Positions 1-7,676 of a stretch of 41,929 nt of DNA are shown in pieces; positions within the stretch are counted from its first letter, which is position 1, and each line of letters opens with the position of its first letter. A model generated the notes under the pieces. That model saw only the letters and a list, made by a program, of their open reading frames with translations. It was not told where the DNA came from and searched no databases. Source of the stretch: a virus (lineage: Duplodnaviria > Caudoviricetes); IMG/VR virus record IMGVR_UViG_3300005326_000077, positions 1 to 41,929 of that record; one strand, 5' to 3'. Made by a program: the position numbers and the translations under genes.

Positions 1-158
1 CCCGCGGCACGTGCACGTAGGTTTAAAATGGCATTTACTTCGGGAATACCTGTGAAAGCTGCAATCCTGGATGCATTTGAGAAACCACCACCAAACGAAA
101 AAGTAGCACCACTTCCAATTATTTGAACAAATTGCTCATTAAATTCTTCAAGTATAGC
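1..158. repeat. Terminal direct repeat (copy of 41772-41929), indicating a circular or terminally redundant assembly
   Basis: cccgcggcacgtgcacg...ttcttcaagtatagc is identical at both ends except g42 vs a41813. Confidence 0.97.
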
Positions 159-269
159 TGCTTGGTCTGCTGGTGTTACGCTTATACCCTTTGTAATAGA
201 TTCCTCTATCGGTATGGTTTTTACTTCATCAACATCTGCAGAGCGCTTTTTAAGATTCCAGAATCCCAT
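1..269 (-). CDS. Portal protein, 5' part (continues across the contig join into 41771..40715; about 441 aa in total)
   Basis: Manual translation from ATG at 269, MGFWNLKKRSADVDEV...FTGIPEVNAILNLRARAAGNIRIVAVDKAGHE, runs in frame with no stop into MEVDDYL of the 40715..41731 ORF. Confidence 0.9.
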   Translation of the reverse strand, partial: MGFWNLKKRSADVDEVKTIPIEESITKGISVTPADQAAILEEFNEQFVQIIGSGATFSFGGGFSNASRIAAFTGIPEVNAILNLRARAA

Positions 270-424
270 AGGTATATGTTTTCAATTGTAAATATAACCG
301 CAAGTACTATAACTGCCAAACGGTAACGAATAATCCTCTTTTGAGTTACTAGAAGCATGTTTGACACTAAGATAAGCCTCTTGTAATAAGGTTCTGCCGT
401 TGAACTAATTGTATTTCTTTTCAT
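221..424 (-). CDS. Small putative membrane protein upstream of portal
   Basis: ORF 221..463; likely ATG at 424 (MKRNTISS) lies downstream of a TATATTTG box; hydrophobic segment LAVIVLAVIFTI. Confidence 0.45.
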   Translation of the reverse strand: MKRNTISSTAEPYYKRLILVSNMLLVTQKRIIRYRLAVIVLAVIFTIENIYLWDSGILKSALQMLMK

Positions 425-450
425 ACTTATATTATTACGTTTGTCCTTGA

Positions 451-458
451 CAAATATA
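451..458 (-). promoter_or_regulatory. Bacteroidota-type -7 promoter box (TATATTTG) for the head/tail operon
   Basis: caaatata on + reads TATATTTG on -, matching the TAnnTTTG consensus, upstream of portal. Confidence 0.5.
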
Positions 459-802
459 AACAATTATTTAATACGTTGTACAGATTTTAAGACTTTTTTT
501 TCATATTATTTATTATAGTCGCACTGCAAACTATTTTAGGCTACTAGTGTGTGAAAAATTGAGTGAGTTGATTTGATACTGCGAAGATATTTGAAGTTGC
601 AAAAATTTATAACCGTAGACCTAGAACCAAGTTGGCCTTTCCATTTTTTTGCGTTTTTTAACGTATTTTAGCAGTTATTTTAGCATTTATTAGTACTTTT
701 TATTTTATAGTTCTAATTTAAAATGCTATCTTTATTCTATAATAATAAACAAATATTATTATTCAAATCAAATCAATTATTAATCTATTAATTAAATTTA
801 TT

Positions 803-1213
803 ATGAAAGCAAAAAATTTAACTACAAATGAAGTTGTTGAAATCGAAATCACTAAAATCGAAGCATCTGAAACTTTAGAACAAAAGATCGCAAGACTAAA
901 GTCAGAGTACGAAGAACAGATCAAAGAACTTAAGAAACAAGAAAAAGATTTGAAAGAACAAGCGAAAGCATTGAAAGAAGAAGCAGACAAAGCTAAGAAA
1001 GAAGCTAAAGAGAAACAATCTGCTGAACGTGCAGAAAAAATGAAAGAATTGTTAGCGAATAAGCCTGAAGTAAAAGAAAATAAGTCTCAAGTTATACGTG
1101 AGCTTATGTTAAAAGGCTATACTAAAGATCAGATTGTTAAAGAAACAAACTACACTAATAAGTTCGTGCTTGACAACATGTGGAGAATTGAAAAGTCTTT
1201 AGGCTTAAGATAG
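803..1213 (+). CDS. K/E-rich coiled-coil protein with C-terminal HTH-like domain (paralog of 8785..9570)
   Basis: C-terminus NKSQVIRELMLKGYTKDQIVKETNYTNKFVLDNMWRIEK; TATCTTTA box at 727-734 upstream. Confidence 0.75.
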   Translation: MKAKNLTTNEVVEIEITKIEASETLEQKIARLKSEYEEQIKELKKQEKDLKEQAKALKEEADKAKKEAKEKQSAERAEKMKELLANKPEVKENKSQVIRELMLKGYTKDQIVKETNYTNKFVLDNMWRIEKSLGLR

Positions 1214-1230
1214 TCTAAAGATCATATGAT

Positions 1231-1258
1231 AAGTCTAGTAGTTAAATCTACTAGACTT
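1231..1258 (+). terminator. Hairpin / probable terminator after 803..1213
   Basis: Perfect 11-bp stem aagtctagtag-ttaaat-ctactagactt. Confidence 0.55.
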
Positions 1259-1438
1259 TAAATATGAAGTTTCTATGGAACTTCGGAGGGGAGGTGTGCC
1301 CATATATGAAAGTGCAAACAAAAGTTAAAAAGTGTTAAAAAATGTTAAATAGTTTCCTGGATTCAAAAATATTTATTAAATTAGTATATGATTAAAAAAT
1401 GAGTATAAAGAATTAATAGTAACTAATAATCGCAGAAT

Positions 1439-1609
1439 ATGATTACACAACAAAATGCAGACATTGTAATAACTGTTAATTCAGTTGATGATTTACAATA
1501 CATGTTTAGTAGTTTACTTCTTAAAATAGCAGTTAATTGCTTAAAAGAAGTTGGTTACTATAGATTTGAGAAGCAAAACAAAAAGTATTACATAACACTT
1601 AAAAAGTAG
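1439..1609 (+). CDS. Hypothetical protein (56 aa)
   Basis: Manual translation MITQQNADIVITVNSVDDLQY...KYYITLKK; below the ORF-track cutoff; tightly packed with the next ORF. Confidence 0.55.
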   Translation: MITQQNADIVITVNSVDDLQYMFSSLLLKIAVNCLKEVGYYRFEKQNKKYYITLKK

Positions 1610-1614
1610 TAAAA

Positions 1615-1758
1615 ATGAAAGCACCAAAAGTAAACAAAAAGAAGGCTTTTAAAGCTGTTTCTAAAGTACTAATGGATGAGTACAATAGAAACATAATAAC
1701 ATTAGAAGAGTATAAATTTAAAATGGCATTTGCCAAAGGACAATATGGTATCAAGTAG
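1615..1758 (+). CDS. Hypothetical basic protein (47 aa)
   Basis: Manual translation MKAPKVNKKKAFKAVSKVLMDEY...GQYGIK; A-rich start context. Confidence 0.55.
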   Translation: MKAPKVNKKKAFKAVSKVLMDEYNRNIITLEEYKFKMAFAKGQYGIK

Positions 1759-1866
1759 AACTATAAAAACAGTATTAATGCTATTATTAATATCAATAGT
1801 AGTATTTACACTTGGAATATGGACTGTATTATTAGTAATATCATTAACATTCAAATACATAAAACT

Positions 1867-2112
1867 ATGACACGAGTAGAATTAAACTGGGATAACAATA
1901 CATTTAAGGCTTTTGATGTAGATTATATTGTTCAAGATAATCACTTCAGACCTTATACAATAAGTGACGATTGTACTGGAACTTTCAACCCAAGAGTTGC
2001 GAATGGTAATTACTATGGTTGCACAGTTGAGTTTGATGATAACGATCTTCCTGAAGACTGGGAAAAGATTGAAGAAGAAGTAATTTCACAAGTAATATTA
2101 GAATATAGATAA
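1867..2112 (+). CDS. Hypothetical acidic protein
   Basis: ORF 1819..2112; probable start MTRVELNWD after cataaaact. Confidence 0.65.
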   Translation: MTRVELNWDNNTFKAFDVDYIVQDNHFRPYTISDDCTGTFNPRVANGNYYGCTVEFDDNDLPEDWEKIEEEVISQVILEYR

Positions 2113-2130
2113 ACCTTAAAAATAGAAATC

Positions 2131-2226
2131 ATGAACGGTAAGTTAGACAATCAAGTATTAAAACTTTTTGCAGCGCTTTTGACAGCCATATTATTAACCT
2201 CAATACTGTTACTTTATGTGCACTAG
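2131..2226 (+). CDS. Small single-TM peptide (31 aa)
   Basis: MNGKLDNQVLKLFAALLTAILLTSILLLYVH; start context ttaaaaatagaaatcATG. Confidence 0.45.
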   Translation: MNGKLDNQVLKLFAALLTAILLTSILLLYVH

Positions 2227-2317
2227 AAAAAGAAAAGCCAGGTATCGTAAAATGCGGCTGTTCAATATTGAGTTCAATGTTCTGCGACGATACCACAATG
2301 AAATTAAAGTTTTATAT

Positions 2318-2348
2318 AACCCAGGGAAGCAGTAGCCCTGGGTTTTTT
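2318..2348. terminator. Intrinsic terminator between convergent units (possibly bidirectional)
   Basis: Stem aacccaggg...ccctgggtt followed by a T-run, immediately at the TerL stop. Confidence 0.75.
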
Positions 2349-2349
2349 A

Positions 2350-3540
2350 TTACATGTACATTAGACTTCCAAGTGTAGCATATCGTGTTGCATCCCACAA
2401 GTGATTATACTTATCTTCAGGTTCATTCAACTTTATGCCATTTATAACCTTGTATTTATAGTTTTCTTGTTCCTTTCTAAAGTCTTCATCGCGAACTATG
2501 TGTATGTGAAACTTGTTCACTAAGCCATTGCCATAGTTGATAGAACCCCTAAATTTGTTTATTGCATAGACTGGAAAACCAGCAACCTTCAGGTCATTAA
2601 TCATACCTGGGTCTGCAGAATCTGCCCATATTACGGCGTTTTCGTCTGGGATGATGTCATCGAGGTATTGACACAAGATTTCAGAGTTTGGTGTTGGTAT
2701 ATACAGTCTTTTGCGTAGGAATAGGTCGTGTCCTCTTTGACGCACCTGAACAAGTGCTGAAGGGTCAGATGTATACCCGAAGTCAAGTCCCCATACTTCT
2801 TCATCATAGTCTTGAGATAGAATGTCCCACTGAAATTCACTAATCCAGTTAACATTTGGATGCACTAGACCCTCCATCGCAGCACGAATACCAAGACCGT
2901 AAACCTTCCACTTGTAATTGTCGACAGTGCCCTGGCGTCTATTCTCAGGAGTATCTTCGTATGACAGAATCTTAGCCTTCTCAATATCTGAAATGAATGG
3001 ATTATCCTTGAATGTAGTATGCAAAAATGCTACATCATCTCGTGGTATAATCTTATCATAAACCCAGTGTGATGTTACTTTGGGGTTGTAGTCACCCCAC
3101 CAGAACATCCTTGTTCTCATTTCAGCCTGGTCAAAGAAATCATTCTCAATGTCAAGCATCTCGTTGCAATACATGAAGTCACAACTCATCCCATGCGCCT
3201 TGGAGGCTTTGTCGGCACCAATAAAGTTGATTTTGTTGCCCAGTAAGTCGAAAGTTACAACTTCTCGTGATCGGTCAAAAGGATGTTCAACCCCAAAATC
3301 AGTCATTCTCTTTTTGAAATCATCATATAACGTTGTTTTAAATGAGTTATATGTTTCTTTCAATATATTTATCGTGTAACCAGTACCTATGCGAGCTCCA
3401 ATGTAATGAATAAAATCAACAGATGAAATTGTTTTACCTGATCTTGAAGAACCTTCTAATATAGCACCACGTTTAGATGGATTCTTCTGCTGCTGTACCA
3501 GAAATGCGAAGTTCCTGTTTATCTGTCTCTTGTTTTCCAT
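2350..3540 (-). CDS. terL: Terminase large subunit (PBSX-like)
   Basis: Walker A EGSSRSGKT, Walker B-like MYCNE, DYNP, nuclease motifs GLDFG and HLWDATRYA. Confidence 0.93.
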   Translation of the reverse strand: MENKRQINRNFAFLVQQQKNPSKRGAILEGSSRSGKTISSVDFIHYIGARIGTGYTINILKETYNSFKTTLYDDFKKRMTDFGVEHPFDRSREVVTFDLLGNKINFIGADKASKAHGMSCDFMYCNEMLDIENDFFDQAEMRTRMFWWGDYNPKVTSHWVYDKIIPRDDVAFLHTTFKDNPFISDIEKAKILSYEDTPENRRQGTVDNYKWKVYGLGIRAAMEGLVHPNVNWISEFQWDILSQDYDEEVWGLDFGYTSDPSALVQVRQRGHDLFLRKRLYIPTPNSEILCQYLDDIIPDENAVIWADSADPGMINDLKVAGFPVYAINKFRGSINYGNGLVNKFHIHIVRDEDFRKEQENYKYKVINGIKLNEPEDKYNHLWDATRYATLGSLMYM

Positions 3541-4075
3541 AATCTAAACCGTTTAATTCTAAAGAACTCCAAGTGTTAATTGCCTTAATTTCAGCGTCAG
3601 TAGTTTCTTCCACAACAATTGCATCGATTTCCTCTATGTCTGGAAACAGATCGCTTACCGCTTTCCTTTTATCCTCATGAATATGAGTAACCTGTTCACT
3701 TAAGCCTAAATCCCTAATCATAATTGCAGCAGAGAAAAGACCAACCGCAGCACGTTCATATTTATGTGTGTATATTGCATTTTTTATGACGTCTACAATT
3801 TCTTTATATTCTGGTTCATTTGCGTATTTACAAAATGTGTTTGGGCTCATTCCAGCGAAAAGGCAAAAACCATTAATTGAAAGTGGTCTACCTAAGGGCA
3901 CTTGTTCAACAAGACCAGTTTTTTGTACGAGAGTGTGTCTTACTAAAGGATTTGCTTCATTCCAATCCCAGTATTCACTAAACTTATCAAGTAATTCGTC
4001 TGGATAAAACAATCTAGGTTTTCCAGCATCAAGCTTTCTTAAAGCCCAATATTTATCTCCTTTTTGAAAAGTCAT
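3473..4075 (-). CDS. terS: Terminase small subunit (P22 gp3-like DNA-packaging protein)
   Basis: EYWDWNEANPL...RPLSINGFCLFAG...KYERAAVGLFSAAIMIRDLGL; directly upstream of TerL. Confidence 0.85.
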   Translation of the reverse strand: MTFQKGDKYWALRKLDAGKPRLFYPDELLDKFSEYWDWNEANPLVRHTLVQKTGLVEQVPLGRPLSINGFCLFAGMSPNTFCKYANEPEYKEIVDVIKNAIYTHKYERAAVGLFSAAIMIRDLGLSEQVTHIHEDKRKAVSDLFPDIEEIDAIVVEETTDAEIKAINTWSSLELNGLDYGKQETDKQELRISGTAAEESI

Positions 4076-4130
4076 AATAAAAATGATTTAGTATTTATGA
4101 GGTTGAAGATAGTAAAAATAAATGAAATAT

Positions 4131-4500
4131 GAAAGTGCTAAGGAGAGTTTTTTATAACATATTGAAAATCAATCATTTATAACGGAAAGTGCTAAGGAGT
4201 ATAACTACAGTGCTAACAAAGTGCTCAGGAAATTCCCCTGTAACATATTGGAAATCAGCAAGTTATGGGCCAAAAGTGCTCCAGTGCTTTGACTTTTCCT
4301 ATCTTTTAAATATATGGATTTATCCTATTTAACATTTTATTAAAAATTATTATTTTCTTGTTTTTATATAAAAGTAATAGCACTCAAGCACTTTTTAATA
4401 TAAAATATTGGTTTTCAACAACTTACATTGATTACCCCTTAGCACTCCCTTAGCACTTTTTTGACCTTCATTAGCACTAAGTTGTACTCCTAAGCACTTT
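4131..4500. repeat. Inverted iteron-like array (6x AGTGCT, AT-rich core, 6x AGCACT); candidate replication origin or packaging site
   Basis: AGTGCT at 4134, 4188, 4209, 4220, 4275, 4283; AGCACT at 4379, 4387, 4441, 4452, 4473, 4493; lies in the divergent intergenic region. Confidence 0.8.
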
Positions 4501-4625
4501 TCTCAAAAAACATCAATTTAACAATAATATGCAAAAAAATATTATAATTAAATAGAAATTATTGGTATGTTGAATGGTGTTAGCGATGTGTTGAAAAACA
4601 TGTTTTTTGTTTCAAAATTTATACC

Positions 4626-4633
4626 TATATTTG
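4626..4633 (+). promoter_or_regulatory. Bacteroidota-type -7 box (TATATTTG) for the early operon
   Basis: TAnnTTTG match about 24 nt before ATG 4657; TTTG at 4606-4609. Confidence 0.55.
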
Positions 4634-4656
4634 TTTAAACAATAAGAGTATTACTA

Positions 4657-5016
4657 ATGGACACAAACTACAAAAAATCAAGAATTGACGAACTTTACGT
4701 TGAATACGCAGATGACTTTGGCATGTGGACTAAACACTTGGATGATATGAGTAGTTCAGAACTTCCATTTGAAATTGAAGATTGGATGTATGACTACGCC
4801 ATTGAGAAACAAATGGAGAATGTCATTAATGAGGGCGACCTGGTAGTAACAAGGCTGGGTTTGGTTGAGGGCAATTACTATGGAGAAATGCTTTACATTA
4901 ATGATATGGAGTTAATTGAACCAACTGAAGTTGAAGACATTAATCACATTTGGTTAGCAGTTAAAGGAAAAAGTGGTTATTTATATTCAGTTCAAATGCT
5001 TAATAAAGTAAAATAA
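4657..5016 (+). CDS. Hypothetical early protein with C-terminal SH3/KOW-like repeat
   Basis: First ORF of the + strand cluster; C-terminal EGDLVVTRLGL...YLYSVQML resembles the repeats in 5792..6193. Confidence 0.7.
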   Translation: MDTNYKKSRIDELYVEYADDFGMWTKHLDDMSSSELPFEIEDWMYDYAIEKQMENVINEGDLVVTRLGLVEGNYYGEMLYINDMELIEPTEVEDINHIWLAVKGKSGYLYSVQMLNKVK

Positions 5017-5207
5017 TGGAAAAAATAGAACCAAAAATCGGCGAAGAAATCGAAATCGAAGGCATGAAGTTAATTTGTGTTCAAGATGATAATTGTCACA
5101 AATGCGCATTGTATAATAAGAAAATTGATTGCAATACAATAAAGTGTATTAACTTTCAAAGAGAAGATCTTGAAAACGTAATATTTACACTAAAAGACAC
5201 ATTATGA
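5016..5207 (+). CDS. Small Cys-rich (putative Zn-binding) protein
   Basis: IGE...CHKC...C...C...REDLENVIF; TAATG coupling. Confidence 0.7.
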   Translation: MEKIEPKIGEEIEIEGMKLICVQDDNCHKCALYNKKIDCNTIKCINFQREDLENVIFTLKDTL

Positions 5208-5377
5208 AAAAGACTGAATTGAGAGAAGAAATCATCAGACACATTAGATGTTATCAGAAAAACTTAACAGTTAAGTATTTGAGTGAGTTATCGGATGAAG
5301 CTTTAATTAATAATGTCCATCCAAGTTGTGAAAAGTTTTATGGAGAAAAATTAATTCCATGTAAATACAAAAAGTAA
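5204..5377 (+). CDS. Hypothetical protein (57 aa)
   Basis: Manual translation MKKTELREEIIRHIRCYQ...PCKYKK; ATGA overlap and fills the gap. Confidence 0.6.
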   Translation: MKKTELREEIIRHIRCYQKNLTVKYLSELSDEALINNVHPSCEKFYGEKLIPCKYKK

Positions 5378-5381
5378 TATT

Positions 5382-5789
5382 ATGAAAAAAGTATTATTCA
5401 AGAAGTGGATTCCACGAAAAACCGAAAAGAAAACAGGTTTTAATTATGAAACAACTGTACCTGGTACTGGTTGTTATGAAAAAGATTTCACTCAAAAAGG
5501 TGAATTTCTTGCGTGGTGTATTGACTATATTGATGATGGAACTGGCGCATCATTTACAGTTGCATTAGTTATGATTGACGATGGAACAGTTGTAAAAGTT
5601 CTAGTTGAAAATATTAAGTTTATAATTGAAGAAAAAATTACTAATATATCTTCTAATACTATTAAGTACATTAGAAGCGAAAGAGTAATGTCAATAAACT
5701 TCCATTCATTTAAAACAGATGAAGAGGTTGTTGAGTATTTTGAGAATTTATTTGGAATTGGAAATGTACCTAAATGGTGGAGAGAATAA
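5382..5789 (+). CDS. Hypothetical protein
   Basis: 135-aa ORF in a tightly packed operon. Confidence 0.7.
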   Translation: MKKVLFKKWIPRKTEKKTGFNYETTVPGTGCYEKDFTQKGEFLAWCIDYIDDGTGASFTVALVMIDDGTVVKVLVENIKFIIEEKITNISSNTIKYIRSERVMSINFHSFKTDEEVVEYFENLFGIGNVPKWWRE

Positions 5790-5791
5790 TT

Positions 5792-6193
5792 ATGAAAAAA
5801 TGGGAATTAAAACTAGGTGACAAAGTTAGAGTTAAAAACTGGCTAAGTGATAATAGTAAGGCATCAGATGGTCTAATATTCTTAAAACAAATGAACTGTG
5901 AAAAAGAACTTACTGTTGAATCTATTTCAATTAATGGCAACCTTACAGTGTCTGAACAAAGACCATCATATTATTATTCACCTAAGTTTGTTAACAGGAG
6001 TTACAATCATGGTGACAAGTTTACAGTTCGCACTTACCTGCACGAGGGTGACCTTTGTGATGGTGGTTATTTCTTAAACGAAATGAGATCATCCGAACCA
6101 CTTGAATTAGTTAAATACAACAAAGCAAATAGCATGCTTATGTCTAATGACTTTTATTACACACCAGAAATGCTTATACAATGGAAAGAGTAG
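5792..6193 (+). CDS. Hypothetical protein with two tandem SH3/KOW-like repeats
   Basis: LGDKVRVKNWL...YYYSPKFV and HGDKFTVRTYL...FYYTPEML; start adjusted to MKKWELK. Confidence 0.7.
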   Translation: MKKWELKLGDKVRVKNWLSDNSKASDGLIFLKQMNCEKELTVESISINGNLTVSEQRPSYYYSPKFVNRSYNHGDKFTVRTYLHEGDLCDGGYFLNEMRSSEPLELVKYNKANSMLMSNDFYYTPEMLIQWKE

Positions 6194-6342
6194 AAGACTT
6201 TAAAGAGCTTGTTGTATTTGATGGCATTGACTATTATACAGCAAAAGAATGTAATGATGAAATTGGAGAAGAACTAATGTGTGTCTGCGATGACATTGAA
6301 AAAGCTGGTATTATTGCAAATGCACTAAACAGTATTAAATGA
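6181..6342 (+). CDS. Hypothetical acidic protein (53 aa)
   Basis: Manual translation MERVEDFKELVVFDG...AGIIANALNSIK. Confidence 0.6.
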   Translation: MERVEDFKELVVFDGIDYYTAKECNDEIGEELMCVCDDIEKAGIIANALNSIK

Positions 6343-6539
6343 CCTCAAAAAAACCGACGTCGAAAAAAGACGGTAAAATAAAAGACGAACTTTCACAGTT
6401 GTTTGTGAACCCTAATGGTGTATTGTGTTACACTGTTAAACTTTACGAAATAGATATTTATACAATGATTGGTGTACAGCCTTACTTATATACAAATGAA
6501 AGAGGTTGCATCAAAGGTTGGAGATATACACATATTTAA
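6339..6539 (+). CDS. Hypothetical protein
   Basis: 66-aa ORF with ATGA overlap to the previous ORF. Confidence 0.45.
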   Translation: MTSKKPTSKKDGKIKDELSQLFVNPNGVLCYTVKLYEIDIYTMIGVQPYLYTNERGCIKGWRYTHI

Positions 6540-6550
6540 AAATTAAAATC

Positions 6551-6910
6551 ATGAAAAAACAAGCTATTATTAATGCAATTAATGAGTATTGCGAACGCAG
6601 AAATGTTGAAGAGTTGACAATCGATGATATTATTGAGTACATGTCAATTAGCGGTACAAGTCTTAAATGGGAAATGTTACAATGTGTAGCAAACATATTT
6701 GCAAAAAATGAACAACGTGGACCACGTAGAGTGTTTACTGAAAATAATGAGTCAATACATGTTATCTCTGAAAATTTAGATGATGACATTGCAACACTAA
6801 GAAAAAATGCTGATTCATTAATAGATTCAACATATCCTGACCAAAACGTTATCTTTGAATACAGAGAAAATGGTTTTCTTATTATTATTGAATCACTAAT
6901 TGGATTATAA
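6551..6910 (+). CDS. Hypothetical protein
   Basis: ORF 6506..6910; probable start MKKQAII after aattaaaatc. Confidence 0.7.
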   Translation: MKKQAIINAINEYCERRNVEELTIDDIIEYMSISGTSLKWEMLQCVANIFAKNEQRGPRRVFTENNESIHVISENLDDDIATLRKNADSLIDSTYPDQNVIFEYRENGFLIIIESLIGL

Positions 6911-6911
6911 T

Positions 6912-7121
6912 ATGCACGAATACTATTTAATACAAAGTTTCTTAACATCAGAGTTTTGGAACGAAGAAAAACAAGAGTTTGACTCTTTGGCAAATGGAAC
7001 AAAATACTTTTCTCCACCAATAGAACAACTTAGTAAGAGAAAGTCAAACAATATACACTATCAGTTAACAAAAGCATCTGAAAAAAGAATATGCGTTATT
7101 GTTAAGATATACTGTAAATAA
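6912..7121 (+). CDS. Hypothetical protein
   Basis: ORF 6900..7121; probable start MHEYYLIQ. Confidence 0.6.
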   Translation: MHEYYLIQSFLTSEFWNEEKQEFDSLANGTKYFSPPIEQLSKRKSNNIHYQLTKASEKRICVIVKIYCK

Positions 7122-7122
7122 C

Positions 7123-7359
7123 ATGGCAAGAGACACTAGTAAAAACACAGAAAGACAGATTGGTGAAAAATTCATCGATATGTTCGACAATAAAGTTGTC
7201 GTAAAACAAGCAGAAATTGAAAACAGTTGTGTTGGTTGCATATATTTCTTTGGAAAAAGAGTTGAAAGAATGTGTCCAGGCAGACTTAATGAACTTGGGT
7301 ATTGTACTACACATATGCGATCTAAAAAGGACTCTATAATCTTTAAAATCCGCGACTAA
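7123..7359 (+). CDS. Small Cys-rich protein (same family as 5016..5207)
   Basis: RQIGEKF...CVGC...C...C...RSKKDSIIF. Confidence 0.7.
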   Translation: MARDTSKNTERQIGEKFIDMFDNKVVVKQAEIENSCVGCIYFFGKRVERMCPGRLNELGYCTTHMRSKKDSIIFKIRD

Positions 7360-7676
7360 TGCCAGGTGAAGTAAAAGTAAACACTAATTGGCACTTAAAC
7401 ACATCAATTGAGTTTACAGCCAATGGAATGTATGTACGAGTAAGTCTAAACATTGAGCCAGGACTTGCTAAATATCTCTCACCAAATAATGTAACACGTG
7501 GCAAACAAAGAACCGTTTATGCCCTGAGAAGTTTCATTGACTCAGATTTAGTATGCAAAGCAAACCTTGAAACTATACAAGGAATGTTATTACAAAACTG
7601 TATGAAAAACATTCGCATAGCAAAAGAAAAAAGAGAAAATGCAAACAAGAGAATTAATACTATCTCTAATAGATAA
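7359..7676 (+). CDS. Hypothetical protein
   Basis: 105-aa ORF with TAATG coupling. Confidence 0.6.
   Translation: MPGEVKVNTNWHLNTSIEFTANGMYVRVSLNIEPGLAKYLSPNNVTRGKQRTVYALRSFIDSDLVCKANLETIQGMLLQNCMKNIRIAKEKRENANKRINTISNR

Noticed and set aside
1-158. Biological direct terminal repeat
   Set aside because: It lies within the portal coding sequence, so it is more simply explained as an assembly overlap of a circular or permuted genome.
3473-3540. TerS/TerL 68-nt overlap as a programmed frameshift
   Set aside because: TerL has its own ATG and a complete N-terminus, no slippery heptamer was seen, and such overlaps are common.
4131-4500. Possible CRISPR or mini-array
   Set aside because: The repeats are only 6-13 bp, irregularly spaced and switch orientation; there is no constant repeat-spacer period and no cas gene.
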